Source of the DNA: Okamejei kenojei | Taxonomy: Eukaryota | DNA: 64,000 nucleotides | Direction of reading: 5' to 3' | Assembly (NCBI GenBank): GCA_035221665.1 | Contig: CM069144.1 | Location: 52,886,001 to 52,950,000 of the forward strand | Part shown: positions 63,204-64,000 of the stretch, one piece after another | Position numbering within the stretch: the first letter of the stretch is position 1 | How the letters are laid out: every line of letters begins with the position of its first letter | The notes under the pieces: model-generated | The model's input: only the letters and a program-made list of their open reading frames with translations | Databases searched by the model: none | What the model was told of the DNA's origin: nothing | Program-made: the position numbers and the translations under genes

Positions 63204-64000
63204 TAAGGCTTTCCTAATGAGGACTGTATATCCATGGTGAAGATGAAGGTGGTGGGAGCAACGGAATTGGAAGTTGTTGAACTGCTGGAGAGCATGTGAG
63301 ATGTACCAGATGGAGGTGGGAAGGGATTGGATAAGGGGTCACTAGACAGAGTCACGATACAAGGAGATAAGTTCAGTGCGCCAATTACGAGTGGTTAAAT
63401 GGCCCGACGGGGGCAGTGCTGCTTGTGAATCTTGGAGAAGATAGCTTCCCACCACTGCACTGTTACTGTCATGTTGGAAGCTGTGGGGGGAGACCACCTG
63501 AAGCGTTGAGATCTGCGATGATATGGGAGTCAGTGGCCAGATGTTTATCGGTGGGGTCATAGTCCAAGGGGAGATGAGGGGTGTCGATCAGCTGACCTCT
63601 GCAAGGTCGCGATGTTGCCTGACTTGCTGAGTTCCTCCAGCTGCTCTCCTTTTCTTTGCTACAGATTCCAGCATCTGCAGTATTTTGTGTCTCAAAAGAA
63701 ACGTTTAAATCAGCAGAAGTTTTCCAAGATGAGGAAGTACAAAAGGAGCAGGTGTGGGAATACATGACCTTCCCAGGTTACCGTAAGGTTCCTGTGAACT
63801 GTTCGTAACCAGTTTTGCAATGTTTAAATGCGGCCACAAACAGAATTCCCACCAGGCAGAAGATGTCAGCAGATCTGCAGCAGAGGGCAAATCCAACAAA
63901 CGATCGCCCAAATGCTCAATTCATATATTCAGGCTGTTCATAAAATTGGGCGTTCACTTAAGTAGAGAGAATCTGTAATATGACATCTGAACAAAAATGA

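Overview
Vertebrate genomic DNA, inferred to be a cartilaginous fish (probably a skate/ray) from its repeats (HE1-like V-SINEs, CR1 LINEs, Penelope hairpins). The window holds one complete protein-coding gene, FBXO36 (+ strand, 4 coding exons: 5588-5683, 43014-43122, 48128-48300, 53576-53788; 591 nt, 196 aa; intron 1 is 37.3 kb). It starts in a CpG island probably shared head-to-head with the non-coding first exon of TRIP12 (- strand; inferred from human synteny, no TRIP12 coding sequence seen). The rest is dense, nested transposon sequence: two Tc1 copies (one full length), a Ty3/Gypsy pol relic with an inverted LTR+PBS, a cluster of non-autonomous Helitrons (one carrying a Spin/Ssty-like Tudor fragment), a hAT-like element with a 5-bp TSD, Penelope-like elements (PLE) with minimal hammerhead-ribozyme motifs, a Tx1-like L1 inserted into a PLE endonuclease, L1, RTE-X, Rex1, CR1 LINEs, SINEs and a Harbinger MITE. 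There are four N gaps. Most ORFs in the supplied track are TE debris or spurious. Family assignments are from recalled motifs, not database searches; many TE boundaries are approximate.
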